From the NCBI GenBank assembly GCA_020026435.1, contig JAHHQK010000002.1, forward strand, positions 55,518 through 119,517: 64,000 nucleotides of DNA, read 5' to 3'. Every line of letters begins with the position of its first letter. Positions within the stretch are counted from its first letter, which is position 1. The position numbers and the translations under genes are program-made. Below, one piece after another: positions 21,750 through 31,864 of the stretch. This DNA comes from Alistipes sp. (GTDB lineage: Bacteria; Bacteroidota; Bacteroidia; Bacteroidales; Rikenellaceae). The notes under the pieces were generated by a model. The model ran no database searches. It saw nothing but the letters and a program-made list of their open reading frames with translations, and was not told the origin of the DNA.

Positions 21750-22442
21750 CTACTTGCGGCGAAGTTTTTTCGAGGCCTTGAGCGCCTGCTCCACCACCGG
21801 GACCAAAGCCGCCTCCATGACATCGTAACCGGCCGATACGGGGTGCACCTCATCGTCGGTATAGGCGCGGTTCATGCCTCCGTCGGGATCGGCCATAGGG
21901 GTATAATAGTCCACATAGGGGATCTTCTCCCGTTCGGCATAGGCACGGATCATCCCGTTGAGCTCCCGCACCAGCGGAGCGGGTTTCACCTCCTTGCGCC
22001 AACGGTATTCGCGCGTGGGCGGCACGGCGCACAAAACCGGCTGTATGCCATTGGCTCGGGCCAGTTCGACCATCGAAATGAGGTTTCCGAGAATATGGGG
22101 CAGAGAGATGTAGCCCGTATTCCGGGCAATGTCGTTGGTTCCGGCACAGATCACCACCACCTGGGGACGGAGGTCGATCACGTCGGCACGGAAACGCACC
22201 AGCATCTGCGAAGTGGTCTGCCCGCTGATGCCGCGGCTCACATAACCGTGCGAAGCAAAGAATTCGGGGTGCGTCCTGACCCACAGTTCGGTGATCGAAT
22301 TGCCCATCAGCACCACCCGGGGCTGGCTCACCTCCCGATTCTCCTGCTCAAAGCGGCCGAAATTGGCCCAATCGTCCGTTTGGGCATGCACTCCGAGCGA
22401 CAGGCCTGCAAGGGCCAGCACGGTACACAAGATCTTTTTCAT
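21750..22442 (-). CDS. SGNH/GDSL esterase
   Basis: GNSIT, GISGQTT, GTND, DEVHP; signal peptide. Confidence 0.9.
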   Translation of the reverse strand: MKKILCTVLALAGLSLGVHAQTDDWANFGRFEQENREVSQPRVVLMGNSITELWVRTHPEFFASHGYVSRGISGQTTSQMLVRFRADVIDLRPQVVVICAGTNDIARNTGYISLPHILGNLISMVELARANGIQPVLCAVPPTREYRWRKEVKPAPLVRELNGMIRAYAEREKIPYVDYYTPMADPDGGMNRAYTDDEVHPVSAGYDVMEAALVPVVEQALKASKKLRRK

Positions 22443-22456
22443 GATTCGCAACTTTT

Positions 22457-23542
22457 TTATCGAATGATACGCATCGGCATCTCCCAGCCCGTAATCGTCG
22501 CCACATAGGGGATGATGGCCGCAGCCATCTTGCGCTGGCCCAGCAGGTTGGGATGATAACCCGCCCCCAGGTCACCGGCCCAGTTGGTGATCCCGCCGAA
22601 ATGCATGATACAATGCAGGTTCTCCACCCCGGGACGCTCCTTGAAGCGCTGCAAGTAGCCGTAGAAGGCCGGAGCCACCTCCGGCACGACATAGAGAACG
22701 GGCACTTTGCCGTATTTCTCGCGCAAGACTCCGTACATCTGTCCGAAAGCCTCGCAAAAAGCCTCTTCCGAAGGGACGATGTCCGTACTGCAATCGTTGG
22801 TGCCGAGTTTGATCACCACCAAATCGGGTACATACGCGGTGAAATTCCACGCCGGCGACTCCTCCATGTCGAAGGTGCGCAAGATGCGCTGGCGCATGGT
22901 GAGGTCGGAAGTCTCCTTCGTGTCGGCCCAGTTACGCACCACACCCTGACCCGAATGGGCCGTAAGCACATAGTCGGCATCGAAATGGCGGGCCAGGATG
23001 CAGGCCCAGGCCAAGTCGCAATTCTCGGTCTCGGGACTAAAGGGCTCGGTGGGCGCCTTGCCTTCGGTGCCGTAGCCGCAGGTGTGGGAATCGCCGATAA
23101 ACTCGATCAGGCGCCCCGACGCAGGCGGCAAGGCGAGCAGCGGACCGTCGGTCTCAATGCCGTAGAGCGTCGTGCGGCCCTGCTCGGCTTCAGTGCGTTT
23201 CTGCACCAGAACGGTGTGCGGGCCCTTCTCCAGCCCGGAAACAAGTTCGACCGACGAGGGCGAGCCCTCGACGGCAACCTTGCCGCAGGGCTGTCCGTCG
23301 ACAAAGACATTGTAGTAATTGCGCTTGGTGTCGGCGACACGCATGGCACAGCGGCTTCCCTCAAAACGGAAGGTGAAATGACAGCCGATCCAGTCGAACG
23401 ACAGACTGCCGTCGTCGTGTTCCGCGGCACGCCCCGTGAAACGGATCGCGTCGTCGGTCGCCTTATGGAACCGGATCTCCTGCCCGGAGGTGCACCCTCC
23501 CGCCACAAACAGCATCGTCATGGCCACGAACCAACCTTTCAT
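22457..23542 (-). CDS. SGNH esterase lipoprotein, CE2-like acetylesterase
   Basis: N-terminal beta domain with KRTEA; IEFIGDSHTCGYG, LGTND, HPN. Confidence 0.85.
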   Translation of the reverse strand: MKGWFVAMTMLFVAGGCTSGQEIRFHKATDDAIRFTGRAAEHDDGSLSFDWIGCHFTFRFEGSRCAMRVADTKRNYYNVFVDGQPCGKVAVEGSPSSVELVSGLEKGPHTVLVQKRTEAEQGRTTLYGIETDGPLLALPPASGRLIEFIGDSHTCGYGTEGKAPTEPFSPETENCDLAWACILARHFDADYVLTAHSGQGVVRNWADTKETSDLTMRQRILRTFDMEESPAWNFTAYVPDLVVIKLGTNDCSTDIVPSEEAFCEAFGQMYGVLREKYGKVPVLYVVPEVAPAFYGYLQRFKERPGVENLHCIMHFGGITNWAGDLGAGYHPNLLGQRKMAAAIIPYVATITGWEMPMRIIR

Positions 23543-23551
23543 TCCGACCGA

Positions 23552-24220
23552 CTATTTGATGTAAGGGGAAATCGCCTCGATCCACACGGCGTAAGCCTTG
23601 GCATTGAGGTGGATGCCGTCGACGGTGTACTCCGCGGGCAGTTCGCCGTCGCGCTGCATGGCGCTCCAGATGTCGATGTAGACCAGACCGCGACGCTCGG
23701 CCATCTTGCGCAGCAAGGCATTGTACTCGGCCAACCGCACGTTCTGATCCTTCAGCAGCTCCCGATTCATCGGCTCGTTGACCGGCAGGGCGCTCTGAAT
23801 ATAGACCTTGGTGCGGGGGCTCCCCTTGGCGATGATGTTCAGCAGGCGCTCGTACTGCTGCAGCAGTTTCTCATACGAGATTGCCGAGAAGAGCAGGTCG
23901 TTGACTCCGGCCATGACAAACACCGCCCTGGGCGCCCCGTCGACGATCGGCTGCACGCGGTTGATCATCCCCGAGATGCAGTCGCCTCCGATACCGCGGT
24001 TGAGCACCCGCCTGTCCGGAAAATACTCCGACCAGAAACCGCGCTCGGTCAGGCTGTTGCCCAACATCACGATATTCTTCCGGGTGACGGGCACCAGTTC
24101 CTCCACATTGCGCTTGGCCAGATAGTAGCCGTTGTGGAAAGTCAGCGTATCGCGTTTCGGACCGGCCAACCCCGTGGTGACCACGACCGAAGCCAGAATC
24201 AGGAGAATCAGTTTTTTCAT
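23552..24220 (-). CDS. SGNH/GDSL esterase (O-acetylesterase-like)
   Basis: GNSLT, NRGIGGD, GVND, DGIHL. Confidence 0.9.
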   Translation of the reverse strand: MKKLILLILASVVVTTGLAGPKRDTLTFHNGYYLAKRNVEELVPVTRKNIVMLGNSLTERGFWSEYFPDRRVLNRGIGGDCISGMINRVQPIVDGAPRAVFVMAGVNDLLFSAISYEKLLQQYERLLNIIAKGSPRTKVYIQSALPVNEPMNRELLKDQNVRLAEYNALLRKMAERRGLVYIDIWSAMQRDGELPAEYTVDGIHLNAKAYAVWIEAISPYIK

Positions 24221-24226
24221 AATGGG

Positions 24227-26038
24227 TTATTCTATCAGGTTTCCTTCAAAATCAACGGGGCGGTCAAACGGATGCAGCGCCTCCTCGACCATACGGGCCA
24301 GTTCGCGACGCGTGACGGGGCTCTGCGAAGCCTCCGCGGATGGATTGCCTCCGGCCTGCCGGAGCAGTTCGGCGGCACGGGCGACGGTCAGCAGGGTATC
24401 GTCGTCCACCGGTTCGATCTGCGGGGCATAGTCGTGCAATCCGCGGCAGAACTCGCCCACCGTAATCTGCCCTTCGGGATAGAACCACGAGCGGTTGGCC
24501 CACTGATAGGGTTCGCCGGTCATCCGCAGGATTCCCGTGGCGGCCACACGCTGCAAAAGTTCGAAATCGGGATCGTCGGGCTTCACATCGAAAAGGGGCG
24601 CGATATAGGCCTTCTGCGCCAGCAGCGCCGCCTGCAACGCACGCACGGACACTTCCCGCGGCAGGCAGTGCTGCCTGACGGCCAGCGCCGCCAAGGTTCC
24701 GGCCGCCTGTCCCGTCAGCAGCACCACGGGCTGCAGACGGGTCGACCCGTTGATCAGATTCGAGACCGAGATGGCCTTGTCGGAGACGATCAGATTGTCC
24801 GTCCGGGCAGGGATCATCACCCCCATCGGAATCGAAAACGAGGGGATGGCCGGGAAGGGAATCTTGCCGAGGCTGGGATGGCACGCATGGTGATGATCCA
24901 CGGGATAATCCCCCACCGAAATCCCCGTGCGGTAACGGGGCGCGCGAGGACCGTAACGGTCGGCCACATCGTCGAGCGTCATGCGGATCACGCCATCGAG
25001 CCGGCGGCCCTCGCGGTGGTAGGGCAAACAGGCCAGGCCGTCGGGCGTGCCGAACTCATCGTCGGCTATGCCCAGATGGGCATAACCCAGCTCATGCTGT
25101 ATGTAGTAGACGAAACGGAGTGTCTTTTCGCGGGCAGCCAGCAGGGCCAGTTCGCGCTGACGACGCGGCATCTCCACGACATTCAGATAGATGTCGTTGC
25201 CGTTCACCGGCCAGTTGATCATATATTTGCCGTGGGGCAGACGCCCGTAGTCCAGCATCATCCGGCTGGAGATAGGCGACCCTTCAGCGGTTTCACACGA
25301 CTTGGAAAACTCCGCGGAACGGTATCCGCGCGGACGCGGAATCGTCTTGTCGGCACCGGCGCCGTAATCCTTGAGGATCGCCACCACCGTCAGGTCCTGC
25401 ACAATGTCGTTGGCCGTTTCGGGGGCAAGTTCCTCACCGGTATCGGCCCGTGCATCCATCCCCACCCGGTAAGGGGTGGCGCTCAACGGCAGGGCCTCGC
25501 CCAGATCGGTGGCATCGACCGTAATCCGGGCCGAAACATCCAAACGGCCACCCGCCCCGTTCTCGAACAGCGCCCCCAGCACGCGGTTGCCGCGCTTGTG
25601 GACCTTCTCCAGATGATAGCCGTAGAGGACTTCGAGAGTGGGTTCGGCCGCAGCCATCGCCTTGAAGATACTGTCTGCCACATGGGGCTCGAAAAGCGTA
25701 TTGCTCACCCAACCCGTAGCCAACGCCCCCGCACCCCCGTAATGGGCGCGCAGCGCCTCGCGGAACTCGTTCCAGATACCCGAAGGCAGATTGTGGTTGC
25801 CGTCGGTGGCAGGTACGCCCTGTACCGAAAACATTCCGCCAAGCATGGGGGTCGGCTCCACGACCAGGGTCCTGACGCCCTGACGGGCCGATGCAATGGC
25901 GGCCGAAGTGCCCGAAGTCGTGCCTCCGATCACCAGCACATCGACCGTGCGGCGCATGGGCCTGGCCTCGGCCGGAGCCGTCTGCACAAAGCTCCAGGCC
26001 CATATGCCCGCGAGTAATAATCCGATTATTCGTCTCAT
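24227..26038 (-). CDS. Secreted FAD-dependent oxidoreductase
   Basis: DVLVIGG Rossmann start, DATDLG, YHREGRR, YPVDHH, STRLQP. Confidence 0.85.
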   Translation of the reverse strand: MRRIIGLLLAGIWAWSFVQTAPAEARPMRRTVDVLVIGGTTSGTSAAIASARQGVRTLVVEPTPMLGGMFSVQGVPATDGNHNLPSGIWNEFREALRAHYGGAGALATGWVSNTLFEPHVADSIFKAMAAAEPTLEVLYGYHLEKVHKRGNRVLGALFENGAGGRLDVSARITVDATDLGEALPLSATPYRVGMDARADTGEELAPETANDIVQDLTVVAILKDYGAGADKTIPRPRGYRSAEFSKSCETAEGSPISSRMMLDYGRLPHGKYMINWPVNGNDIYLNVVEMPRRQRELALLAAREKTLRFVYYIQHELGYAHLGIADDEFGTPDGLACLPYHREGRRLDGVIRMTLDDVADRYGPRAPRYRTGISVGDYPVDHHHACHPSLGKIPFPAIPSFSIPMGVMIPARTDNLIVSDKAISVSNLINGSTRLQPVVLLTGQAAGTLAALAVRQHCLPREVSVRALQAALLAQKAYIAPLFDVKPDDPDFELLQRVAATGILRMTGEPYQWANRSWFYPEGQITVGEFCRGLHDYAPQIEPVDDDTLLTVARAAELLRQAGGNPSAEASQSPVTRRELARMVEEALHPFDRPVDFEGNLIE

Positions 26039-26092
26039 ATCCGATCTGTAAAATTTACGGCAACGATCCCTGCACTCAGGCTGAAGATCGTC

Positions 26093-27259
26093 TTATTTAC
26101 ACTGTTCGAGGATCTGCCACAGCTGGTACAGGCCGCGTGGAACGTGGAAGCAGCCCTTCCACTTCCCGCCCTTGAGCGGCAGCAGGACCTCGCCGCGGCG
26201 GTTCAGGTAACCGAACCACTCCGGATACTCCGGATCCTTGAAGTGGCTCCACATGTACGAATCCAGACGCTCGAACCACGACAGACACTCCTCGTTACCC
26301 GTAAGCCAGTAGCCCTTGAGCATCGCAATGGCCGATTCCAGATGGACCCACCACAACTTCTGGTCCCACTCCAGCTGCTGCTGAGGATGGCCCAGACGAT
26401 CCATGAAGTAGAAAATGCCGCCGTACGTCTTGTCCCACCCATACTCGATCGTACGGAGAGAGATCCGAACCGCCTTGTCGATCAGGTCCTGACGCCCCAG
26501 ACGCCGGCCCATGTCCATCACGAACCACATCGCCTCGAGCGAGTGGCCCGGATTGATCAAACGACCCTCGAACGAATCCACCAGCGAATTGTCGACCGCA
26601 GAGACATTCTCGACGATCAGACCCAGATCCGGCTGGTAGAAGACATCCAGCACCTCGTGCAGACACGACTCGATCGTTGACTCGATCTGCTGCGGGTCCA
26701 GCAGGTGCTCGATCTCGAGCATCAGGTTGCAGAGGATCATCGGCAGCGCAAAATCCTTGATCGGGCGGGTACCCGCATGCGACTTGCACCACTGCCCCTT
26801 TGGATTGGAGCGCTTCTCCAGAATCCGGTCGAACGTCTGCTTGGCGATCCGGGCGTACTCCGGATCCCCCGAGGCCTTGGATAGCTGGGCGAAGGCCATC
26901 GTCGCAAAGGTGTACGAGAAGATGTTGTAAGGCTCGATCAGCGGCTTGCCTTCGCGCGTGAGCGAGAAATACCAGTTGCAGGAGCCGTCGTGCCCGTACT
27001 TCTTCAGAAACTCGCCTCCGCGGAGGGCACAGTCGAGCCACTCCCGGCGCGCCTCCACCTTGTTGTAGAGCATCGAGAAAAGCCAGACTTCGCGGCCCTG
27101 GAGCCAGACGAACTTGTCCGTATCGTAAACATTCCCTTTGCGGTCCAGACACGTATAGTAGCCTCCGAACTCACGGTCCTGAGAGAAATCAAGCCAGAAG
27201 GGCAAAACATTCCCTAAAAGCTCCTCCTTATAGCGTTTCGACAGTTGTCCTAAATCCAT
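26093..27259 (-). CDS. N-acylglucosamine 2-epimerase (AGE family)
   Basis: DTDKFVWLQGR, NPGHSLE, QKLWWVH, GGKWKGCFHVPR; start at ATG 27259. Confidence 0.93.
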   Translation of the reverse strand: MDLGQLSKRYKEELLGNVLPFWLDFSQDREFGGYYTCLDRKGNVYDTDKFVWLQGREVWLFSMLYNKVEARREWLDCALRGGEFLKKYGHDGSCNWYFSLTREGKPLIEPYNIFSYTFATMAFAQLSKASGDPEYARIAKQTFDRILEKRSNPKGQWCKSHAGTRPIKDFALPMILCNLMLEIEHLLDPQQIESTIESCLHEVLDVFYQPDLGLIVENVSAVDNSLVDSFEGRLINPGHSLEAMWFVMDMGRRLGRQDLIDKAVRISLRTIEYGWDKTYGGIFYFMDRLGHPQQQLEWDQKLWWVHLESAIAMLKGYWLTGNEECLSWFERLDSYMWSHFKDPEYPEWFGYLNRRGEVLLPLKGGKWKGCFHVPRGLYQLWQILEQCK

Positions 27260-27263
27260 GATT

Positions 27264-28688
27264 CTATCTATTTTTTTGATTTGCCTGTTTTCCTTCATGC
27301 AACCAATAGCGCTCGATCTCCTCCAGGGATTTGCCCGTCGTTTCGGGCACGGCGCGCCACATGATCAGCATGTAGGGCACACACATTCCGGCAAAGAGAA
27401 GGAACGTTCCCGCAGGTGTCAGATGCTCCAGCATCCACGGTGTGAGTTGGCCGATCAGGTAGGTTCCGATCCACAGCGAAAGTCCGGCGATCGACATGGC
27501 CAGTCCCCGCACACGGGTCGGATACATCTCCGAGAGCAGGACCCATACCACGGCGCAGATCGAAACCGCACAGCAGAAGATATAGGCCAGGAAGAAGACC
27601 AGCAGGAAGAGGTTCGACAGTCCCGACGCCTCGCCGGAATGGAAATAGAAGGCGATGCAGAGCAACGAAACGATCATGCCCGAAACGCCCCAGTATACCA
27701 GCTGCTTGCGGCCGACACGATCGATGATCACCAGAGCCAGCGCCGACGTCAGCATGTTGACCACCCCCACCAGTACCTGCGAGAAGAGCGAATCCCCGCT
27801 CGACAGACCGGCATTCTCGAAAATCGTGGGGCCGTAGTACAGGACGGCATTGACCCCCATGAACTGGCCCAGGATGGCGATGCAAACTCCGATGACAACC
27901 GCCATGCGGATGCCCGGTTCGAAGAGCACGCGCCACTCCGCACCCGAAGCCAGAGCGGCGGCACTGCGCACCGAGGAGATCTCCCCTTCGGCCGCCTCGG
28001 CCGAGCGGTAGATGCGTTCCAGCACACGCCGCGCACGGGATTCGGCACCGCGAAGGACCAGCCAGCGGGGGCTCTCGGGAATAAAGAAGATCACCACGAA
28101 GAAGAGGAATGCGGGCAACGTCTCGGCACCGAACATGCCGCGCCAGAGCTCCGTAACCCATATTTTCTGCATGAAGTCCGAGGTGTGGACCGCGGTTTCG
28201 GCCGACTTCAGGATCTGGAAATTGACCAGATAGGCCATCAGGAATCCGACCGTAATGGCCAGCTGATAGAGCGAAACCAGTGCGCCGCGCCAACGGGCCA
28301 CGGCCACCTCGGAGATATACATCGGCGAAACGATCGAAACCACACCGATGCCCACTCCGCCGATGATGCGGTAGACGACCAGTTCCGTGAAGCTGCCGCA
28401 AACGGCACACCCCACGGCCGAGACCGTGAAGAGCACCGACGAAAGCAACATCGTCAGTTTCCGGCCGAAGCGGTCGCTCAAGACGCCCGCAAAGGCGACT
28501 CCCGCGATCGATCCGACCAGGGCACAGCCCACAAACCAGCCCTGCTGCATCGCATCGAGCGAGAATTGGGCCGCCACGCCGCTGATCGTCCCCGAAATCA
28601 CCGCCGTATCGTATCCGAAGAGGATGCCGCCGATCGCCGCCACAAGCGACAGAAAGGCAACATACCCCGCATTTGCCTGCGATTTCAT
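27264..28688 (-). CDS. Sugar porter family MFS transporter
   Basis: LFGYDTAVI, DRFGRK, PESPRWL, PETTGKSLEEI. Confidence 0.93.
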   Translation of the reverse strand: MKSQANAGYVAFLSLVAAIGGILFGYDTAVISGTISGVAAQFSLDAMQQGWFVGCALVGSIAGVAFAGVLSDRFGRKLTMLLSSVLFTVSAVGCAVCGSFTELVVYRIIGGVGIGVVSIVSPMYISEVAVARWRGALVSLYQLAITVGFLMAYLVNFQILKSAETAVHTSDFMQKIWVTELWRGMFGAETLPAFLFFVVIFFIPESPRWLVLRGAESRARRVLERIYRSAEAAEGEISSVRSAAALASGAEWRVLFEPGIRMAVVIGVCIAILGQFMGVNAVLYYGPTIFENAGLSSGDSLFSQVLVGVVNMLTSALALVIIDRVGRKQLVYWGVSGMIVSLLCIAFYFHSGEASGLSNLFLLVFFLAYIFCCAVSICAVVWVLLSEMYPTRVRGLAMSIAGLSLWIGTYLIGQLTPWMLEHLTPAGTFLLFAGMCVPYMLIMWRAVPETTGKSLEEIERYWLHEGKQANQKNR

Positions 28689-28691
28689 CGG

Positions 28692-29780
28692 CTATCGAAT
28701 GTTAAAGTACTCCTTGTAGCGGTTGTAGAGATGGCCCGCCTGAAGGTAAGCCGACTGGGGAGACATGAAGTGCGAGAACTCGAAGGTGATCGCCTTGTCG
28801 TAACCCGCGCGTCTGGCCGCCTCCAGCTTCATCCGCAGCTTGTCGAACTTGATGGGGAGGAACTTGATCGGCATGTCGCGGTCGAACGACTCGGCATTCG
28901 TCCAGCACTTCATGCCGTATTTGTCGGCCAGTTTCTTGTTCACCGAGAAGAAGGCGTCGAGTTCGTCGTAGTCGATATGTCCGTCCTGAAAAGCGCAGGC
29001 ATCGACCACATCGTGGATGCCGTCGAAAATCTCGTCCCACTCGCGTTCGTGCTCCTCGACCGAAACGGCCTGCTCCTTGGTCAGTGTCGCCGAGCTGGCC
29101 CAGACCGCCTTTTTGCCGTCGATCCACGGCGAGATGAAGGTCGGCAGCCCGTTCGAGACATCCTTGCACTGCTTGCCCAGCGCATGGATCACACCGATCG
29201 CACCCTTGGTCGCACGGCTGATCTCGCGGCTCAGATACCAGCCGCCGAAACTCTTGTAGTGGCCGTAGCGGGCCCACACCTCGTCGATCACATAGAGGTT
29301 GTGGTCCACCTCTCCCGTCATGCTTCCCGGATCATAGAGACCGAAGTAGAACTTCATGCCGTACTTCTCAGCCAGACGCAGGTAGAGATCGACCAGGTCG
29401 ACCGAAGGCCGGTAACAGCCCTGTTTAAGCAGGTACTCCGAAGGATAGGTGATGAATTTGCGGTAGCCCGAACGGATCATGATCACCGTGTCGATGCCGA
29501 TGGCCTTCATGTGGCGGAAATCCTGATCCCACTCCTTCTCGCCCCAATTCTGGTGCGGAATGTCGTGCGAAATCTCATCCAGGAACGTTCCGGTGATCCG
29601 GAGACCGCCCTCACGCGGGACCAGAAGGCCGCTCTTGTCCGATGCATGCGAGCCGTAGAGTTCAGCATGCTCTTCCGAACCGAATTCCGAAGCCGCCTTC
29701 ACCAGGCTCGGACCCGCGACCACCGAGGCAGCGGCCGCAGCTATGTTTTTCAGAAAATGACGTCTGTTTGAGGTTTTCAT
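28692..29780 (-). CDS. Tat-exported DUF4434-like putative glycoside hydrolase
   Basis: NRRHFLK twin-arginine signal; ITGTFLDEISHDIP, GWYLSRE, FQDG, WTNAESF. Confidence 0.75.
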   Translation of the reverse strand: MKTSNRRHFLKNIAAAAASVVAGPSLVKAASEFGSEEHAELYGSHASDKSGLLVPREGGLRITGTFLDEISHDIPHQNWGEKEWDQDFRHMKAIGIDTVIMIRSGYRKFITYPSEYLLKQGCYRPSVDLVDLYLRLAEKYGMKFYFGLYDPGSMTGEVDHNLYVIDEVWARYGHYKSFGGWYLSREISRATKGAIGVIHALGKQCKDVSNGLPTFISPWIDGKKAVWASSATLTKEQAVSVEEHEREWDEIFDGIHDVVDACAFQDGHIDYDELDAFFSVNKKLADKYGMKCWTNAESFDRDMPIKFLPIKFDKLRMKLEAARRAGYDKAITFEFSHFMSPQSAYLQAGHLYNRYKEYFNIR

Positions 29781-29808
29781 ATCAGGTTGAATTTATAGTT
29801 TAGCTCCG

Positions 29809-29816
29809 CAAAAGTA
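29809..29816 (-). promoter_or_regulatory. -7 element (TACTTTTG) for the 29780-21750 operon
   Basis: TAnnTTTG on the minus strand in an AT-rich intergenic region. Confidence 0.65.
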
Positions 29817-30146
29817 AATTTTATCCTTTTTTATGTGCAAAAATAATAAATAAATTTACAATGAAATAAATTTACGCCTCTTTTATTGCCCTAAGATAAA
29901 AAAAACGGGAAAAAGATGTCCGGAGCAGCGATTTCCGCCCCGGGGTTCTTTCGCGATGCAGCCTCCGCATCCGGCACGGCTTCTCGCCCCGGGACGGCGC
30001 AGCCATTCACCGCTCGCGGCACCCCGCCCAACCGACAGAATTCGACCGCCGCATCGGCATCGACCCGCCCGGCTGCAGCAGAGAGGCAAAAAAGAAAGGC
30101 CCGTCGCAAAGACGGACCTTTATAATATAGAACATGCCCCACCCCG

Positions 30147-31841
30147 TCAGAAACGGAATCCGAGTGTCAGCGCCACGTTGTGCCGGTTGATGTCGGTCGA
30201 ATAGACAGCGCTCTCGCTATACCCGCCGTCATCCTCGGCATAGAACAGGTAGTAGTCCGAGGTCTTCGACGACATGTACTGATAGGCCAGATCGAGCCGC
30301 ACACTCCGAGACAGGGCGAGGCCCACGCCCGCGCCGTAACAGGTCGTCTGCGTGATGATGGGCGATGCCGGCGGGAACTTGTCGTCCCGGACCATCGAGT
30401 CGCTGAAGCCGAAGCCCGCGCGCAACGCCAGAATCGGCAGGGGTTTGAACTCGGCACCCACACGCACGATGTTCGAGCCCTTGAAATTCTGACGGAACGA
30501 ATCATTGTACCACGACTGCGAATCCAGCCCCGAGGGGTTGTCCTTGATACGGATGCCGTTGTACCAGTCGCGCTCGTAGTCGACCGAAATCACACCCCGC
30601 TCGCCGAACGTGTACGACGCGCCGAACATCAGCCGTGTCGGCGAGACGAACGACCAGCTGTTGGGCCCGTCGTCGACCAGCAGCGGCGAAGTCATGTTCG
30701 GATCGCCGGCCGTCGAGATGTAACCCTCCGCATCGGGCTTCACGTTCGGATCGCTATCCCTGTTGGCGTAGGCCAGTCCGGCCGCGGAGCTCTGGAATTT
30801 CCGGTCGAGCGAATAGTAGGTCGGGGTATGAATCGCCGCACCGAGACGCAGGTTCGCCGTCGGACGATAGACGATACCCGCCTTGAAGTTGACGCCCGTT
30901 CCTTCCACAATCACGCTCTGGTTGAGCTTCCAGCGCAGCAACTGATAGTCCAGCCCGGAGTTCCCGAAATCGGGCGTATTTGGGCTCGGCGCATCGTAGA
31001 AATACTCCTCGACATAGTCGATGTACTTGCGCTGGTAGACGCTCTGAATGCCCAGCGACGCACCGATATAGATCTTATTGTTGATATTGGCACCCACCGA
31101 CAGCACATACTCGCCGATCGAGCCTTTGCTCCGCAACATCGTGTAGTGGTCGACAGCCGCATCATTCCCGACCCAGGTCGGCTTCCACGTCTTGGGATTG
31201 TCGGGATCGGTCTGGTCGATCAGAAACCCGCGGTAAGCCAGCGCTGCGTTCCAGTATTCGGGCGAAAAGTTGTTCCAGTTCCAGGAACCCGAGCCGCCTC
31301 CGTTGTAGAAGGAGTTCTTCGAAAGACCTCCCCAGTCCAGCTGACGCGCATAGACGTCACCGATCGTACCGCCCTGGTTCTGACGCACGAACCCATAGTC
31401 GTAGTTGAAATCGGCGATGCGGTTGTACCCGAAGCCGACATTGAGGCTGATGAGCGAGCGCGAACCCTCGTAAGCGTTGATCACGACGCCGACGTTGGCC
31501 ATCGAGAAGCGATCCCGCGAATTGCGTCCGTACTCCGGAGCGTTGCTCTTGCTCCGCGCGAAAGACATCATCGGCGTGATCGAGATGTCGCCCTGGCGGT
31601 ACATGCCCAGACCCGCCGGGTTGATCGACATCGACGAGAGGTCGGCCCCCAGCGAGGTGAAAGCTCCCGTCATGGCCATGGCACGCGCCGTGCCGAAGTT
31701 GAACTGCGTCTGCGAGAGTTCGATCATATCGGTCGGCATCAGCAGCTCCTTGTCCATCAGGAGACCTCCCGATTGCTGTGCCGAAGCCCCGACCGCCGTC
31801 ACAGCGGCCGCAAGCGTGATTATCAGTCGTTTCATAGTCAT
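30147..31841 (-). CDS. Outer-membrane beta-barrel protein (OmpP1/FadL-like)
   Basis: Signal peptide, GTARAMAMTGAF...NPAGL, HTPT, terminal LGFRF. Confidence 0.8.
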   Translation of the reverse strand: MTMKRLIITLAAAVTAVGASAQQSGGLLMDKELLMPTDMIELSQTQFNFGTARAMAMTGAFTSLGADLSSMSINPAGLGMYRQGDISITPMMSFARSKSNAPEYGRNSRDRFSMANVGVVINAYEGSRSLISLNVGFGYNRIADFNYDYGFVRQNQGGTIGDVYARQLDWGGLSKNSFYNGGGSGSWNWNNFSPEYWNAALAYRGFLIDQTDPDNPKTWKPTWVGNDAAVDHYTMLRSKGSIGEYVLSVGANINNKIYIGASLGIQSVYQRKYIDYVEEYFYDAPSPNTPDFGNSGLDYQLLRWKLNQSVIVEGTGVNFKAGIVYRPTANLRLGAAIHTPTYYSLDRKFQSSAAGLAYANRDSDPNVKPDAEGYISTAGDPNMTSPLLVDDGPNSWSFVSPTRLMFGASYTFGERGVISVDYERDWYNGIRIKDNPSGLDSQSWYNDSFRQNFKGSNIVRVGAEFKPLPILALRAGFGFSDSMVRDDKFPPASPIITQTTCYGAGVGLALSRSVRLDLAYQYMSSKTSDYYLFYAEDDGGYSESAVYSTDINRHNVALTLGFRF

Positions 31842-31864
31842 TTACCCATTAAGAAAATCCACCG

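Noticed and set aside
22553..26017. 1154-aa plus-strand ORF and similar long antisense ORFs (9591-12041, 12862-15555, 27258-29771, 30180-31868, 51010-52626)
   Set aside because: Shadow frames opposite well-supported genes in GC-rich DNA; no recognisable motifs
21750..29780. Canonical sialic acid (nanLET/nanH) cluster
   Set aside because: No Neu5Ac lyase or sialidase motifs, so nan gene symbols were not assigned
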